Source: Prorocentrum cordatum (taxonomy: Eukaryota). From it: a stretch of 54,782 nt of DNA. The stretch covers positions 62,001 to 116,782 of the forward strand of contig CAUYUJ010000210.1 of assembly GCA_963575745.1 (NCBI GenBank), given 5' to 3'. Below, piece by piece: positions 51,439 to 54,782 of the stretch. Each line of letters starts with the position of its first letter. Position 1 is the stretch's first letter. The notes beneath the pieces are model-generated. The model saw nothing but the letters and a program-made list of their open reading frames with translations. It ran no database searches and had not been told where the DNA came from. The translations under genes were made by a program, and so were the position numbers.

Positions 51439-53188
51439 GCATCAGCATCAGCCTCATTAGCATAATCATCATCATCAGCAGCATCAGCATCGTCAACATC
51501 ATCATCATCATCGTCGTCATCATCATCATCGTTCTCCTTCTCCTCCTCCTCGTCCTCCTTCCGCCCGCCTCCAGCCTTCCTCCTCCAGTTTCCCCAACCC
51601 TCCTCTCTTATCAAGCCCATTCAGCTCGGTGCCTTTCCCCGAAGGCCTTAGGTGGTCGGAACGGGGTGCATCGAGTCGGGCGCAGCGTTTCCAAATAGCA
51701 CTGGAGGAGCACGCTCGACGATACGAGGGTGTCTCGTACCCGATTGGCGCTGCCAAAACTAGACAGCTTCAGAATACCTCGTCAACTATGTTGGGTAGTC
51801 ACTGTTTGTTGATTGTCCCGAGTCTGTAGCGCTTATCCGAAAGCTCCAAACCTTTGTGTTACCCCCAACGTTACTGCGCCCCCCAGCTCTACAGCGCGCG
51901 CTGCTTGTTGTGTGGGTTACAGGTGCCGTACCTACTGGGTTGCGCCAGGTCGTACGTCGGCCCACCTCGACAGACGGCGATTATGCTGTCTATTCGTTCG
52001 GATCGGAGCCATCCGAGGCCAGTGGCATCTTTCACTACGTTCGTCCTGCTGCTCGCGGTGTTGGGCATTATGCTGGTCGTTCATAGGGTTGTTCATTGTA
52101 TGGGGGTATCTCACAATTGATTCACAATCTGGCGACTTATACCACATGCGGAGATAGCTGGGGAATATGAGGTGCGCCGGATAAGGTAAATGCATTCCCG
52201 AGTGCCATGCCACGTGCTACTTCAAGTGGTGGGGCCGTGACTTGCCACGCTTTCTTTCTGGTGGCCGCGGCTGCAAGCTTGGATGTGCGGTGCAACATGC
52301 GGTCCAGGTATGGCGCCGAAACAAATCACACTCGCTCTGCCAGGCGAGGAAGCGCTCGTCCCATGGTTCGTGCACGAGCCCTTCCTGGTTGTCCCGTCGC
52401 TCCACGAGCTCAGGGCACGTGCTCTCTTCTTTGGGGAACCGCCTCGTGGCGGCGTCCACTCCGCTCCGCTCCCCGCCCCCCTCTCTTCTCTTCGGCATGC
52501 CATCGAACCGGGCCCGAGGCGTCCGAGGGCCAGTTAACGGGGCACGTGCCGCCTCCACGCGGCAGCAGTCCGCGTGCTGCGCGGGCGAGGGCACCTCCTC
52601 GTCCGTCCCAGCCCTCCCCGACCCCGGGCCCCTCCTCGCTGACGCCAGGCAAGCTTGGATCGACTGGGATCGTGGCGTCGGGAGGGCAAAAGGCGGCCGA
52701 GGTTAAGAAAGGTACCGACTCGGGCGCTGTGGCCGACAGGGTGAGCCCAGGTGAGCGCAGCTGGACAACAGGAGGCAGCGGAGCCAGAGGAAACGAAGAA
52801 GAAGAGAGGACCCGCGTGGGCATGAAAGGTGCGCTCACCTGGTCGTGGAGGAGGTGATGGAGGCAATCAGGACCCGCATCAGCCAGCACCCAGTCGAGAA
52901 CAGATGCCCCCTCCTCTCCCTCCCCCTCCCCCTCCTCCTCCCCCCCCCTCTTTTGCCATCGCTCGGACGTCCGGCCCCCCTGCAAGTTGCTCGGCTTCGT
53001 GCGCCCCTCGCCTCGCACGCTGGCCCCCACAGGAGACCGCCTCCCCGACGGCCCCCCGGCCGAGAAAGGACGCGCGCACGCCCCGGGCGGACGCCGAGCC
53101 CTCCCCGGATGCCTCGGGGCCGAGGGCGCGGGCCCGCCCCCCCGCCAGGGGGCCGCGCGCTCGGGGCGGGGCGGGGGGGGACCTTTGA

Positions 53189-53620
53189 TCCTCCTCCTCC
53201 TACTCCTCCTCCTCCTGCTCCTCCTGCTCCTCCCTCCTCCCTCCTCCTCCTCCTCCTCCTCCTCCTCCTCCTCCTCCTCCTCCTCCTCCTCCTCCTCCTC
53301 CTCCTCCTCCTCCTCCTCCTCCCTCCTCCTCCTCCTCCTCCTCCTCCTCCTCCTCCTCCTCCTCCTCCTCCTCCTCCTCTCCTCCTCCTCCTCCTCCTCC
53401 TCCTCCTCCTCCTCCTCCTCCTCACTCCTCTCCTCCTCTCCTCCTCCTCCTCCTCCTCCTCCTCCTCCTCCTCCTCTCCCTCCTCCTCCTCCTCCTCCTC
53501 CTCCGCCTCCTCCTCCTCCTCCTCCTCCTCCTCCTCCTCCTCCTCCTCCTCCTCCTCCTCCCTCCTCCTCCTCCTCCTCCTCCGTCCTCCTCCTCCTCCT
53601 CCTCCTCCTCCTCCTCCTCT
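53189..53620. repeat. (TCC)n microsatellite; (GGA/TCC)n also at 1-290, 10360-10545, 26994-27190, 47400-47655
   Basis: Direct reading. Confidence 0.95.
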
Positions 53621-54782
53621 CCCAGTCCATCTCGCGCCCGCTCGGCCCGCCCCCTCGCGCGGGGGGCGGGGCGCCGCTGCTGCCAGTTCTGCCTCACCCG
53701 CATCCGCTGGCTCTCGGCCGTGGGCTCCGCCAGCGCGCACGCCTGCGAGCTCGCGGCGGGAGGTGGAGGGTCCTGCTGTCGCCGTGCTGACCATTGAGGG
53801 GCGCCTGCGCCAGATCTCGAGTGAAACAGTAGGGGTCACAACCCTCCCAGACGAGCAGTTTTGACCCCCCCCCCCAGAGACTGGTGCGAAGACGGAGCCA
53901 GGACGAGGATGAAATCGGGTGAGGGTAAATCGAGAATCTCTGAGATCCAGGGGCTCTGGAGGATGTATCGGGCGTCGCGGCCTTCTCAGAGCGTTCCGGA
54001 AAGCTCTGAGAGCGTTCTGGAACGCTCTGGAACGGATGTATCCTCGTGCTAGCCCCGCCCGAATTCCTCCTGTCGCCGTGCTAACTCTGGGAAGACGTAA
54101 GACTCGGGTTCGGGGGACTCGGGTTGGCCTGACGGGGCCATCATGCAATGACGAGACCCCGTCTGAAATCTGACGCGAGCTCCCGCTGCAAACATCCCAT
54201 GAAAACTGCAGTCAAAATCCGGGACGCGCTCGTCAAAAAGCGTCGGCTAACCCAAGTTCTGGAGCACTCAAGTCTCACGCTTCCCCGATGACCATGAGGG
54301 ACGCCTAATCAGGAACGACCGGTTGCTGGACAAAGTCCTGCGCCTTATATTTTGACTCTAGTGAACACCCCCCGCGCCCCCAATCTGACTTTGGCGGGCT
54401 GCGCCGCGATGTGTCCGACCTGTCGACTGACCGGAATCCGGCGCCCCGCTGGCGATGCCAACCGACATTGCATCGGGGGCAGGGGGGCGCGTTGAAGTTT
54501 GCGCTGGCACCCCAGTCGCGCGGGTGGTGCAGGATTTTGCTCGACAGACCGTGCGGTGACCTCGAAGTCCCGACAGACATCACCGCCCCGTCCGTCATGG
54601 CACGGCCTTCGGACCTCCGAGGCCCCAGTTGCCCGAGACATCCTCGGAGAACGACCCGAGTCCCGAAACAGTTCGGCCACCACGACTCCCCACTGACTCA
54701 CCACAGTGTGCTGACCACACCGATTGGGCGCTCCCGATCCTCCTCCTCCTCCTCCTCCTCCTCCTCCTCCTCCTCCTCCTCC

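Overview
GC-rich, extremely repeat-dense eukaryotic genomic DNA, most consistent with a dinoflagellate. Support: a relict dinoflagellate spliced-leader motif, a GC-AG intron, and abundant (CAT)n/(GGA)n/(CAA)n tracts. Only one convincing intact gene is visible: a two-exon, 682-aa six-TM TRP-like cation channel on the minus strand (24400-26927), with a relict spliced leader 36 nt upstream of its ATG, suggesting a retrogene. The rest is a patchwork: (i) a decayed non-LTR (LINE) reverse transcriptase carrying nested insertions; (ii) a decayed ~4-kb minus-strand ORF containing a Tpt1/KptA-like RNA 2'-phosphotransferase domain; (iii) three copies of a non-autonomous element with asymmetric terminal inverted repeats plus a terminal hairpin (Helitron2-like); (iv) several MITE/foldback elements, some with 3-bp TSDs; (v) families of mini/satellites, microsatellites and a 100-N gap. 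Almost all ORFs in the supplied track are artefacts of simple repeats. All protein-family calls come from motif recognition by eye, not from database searches.
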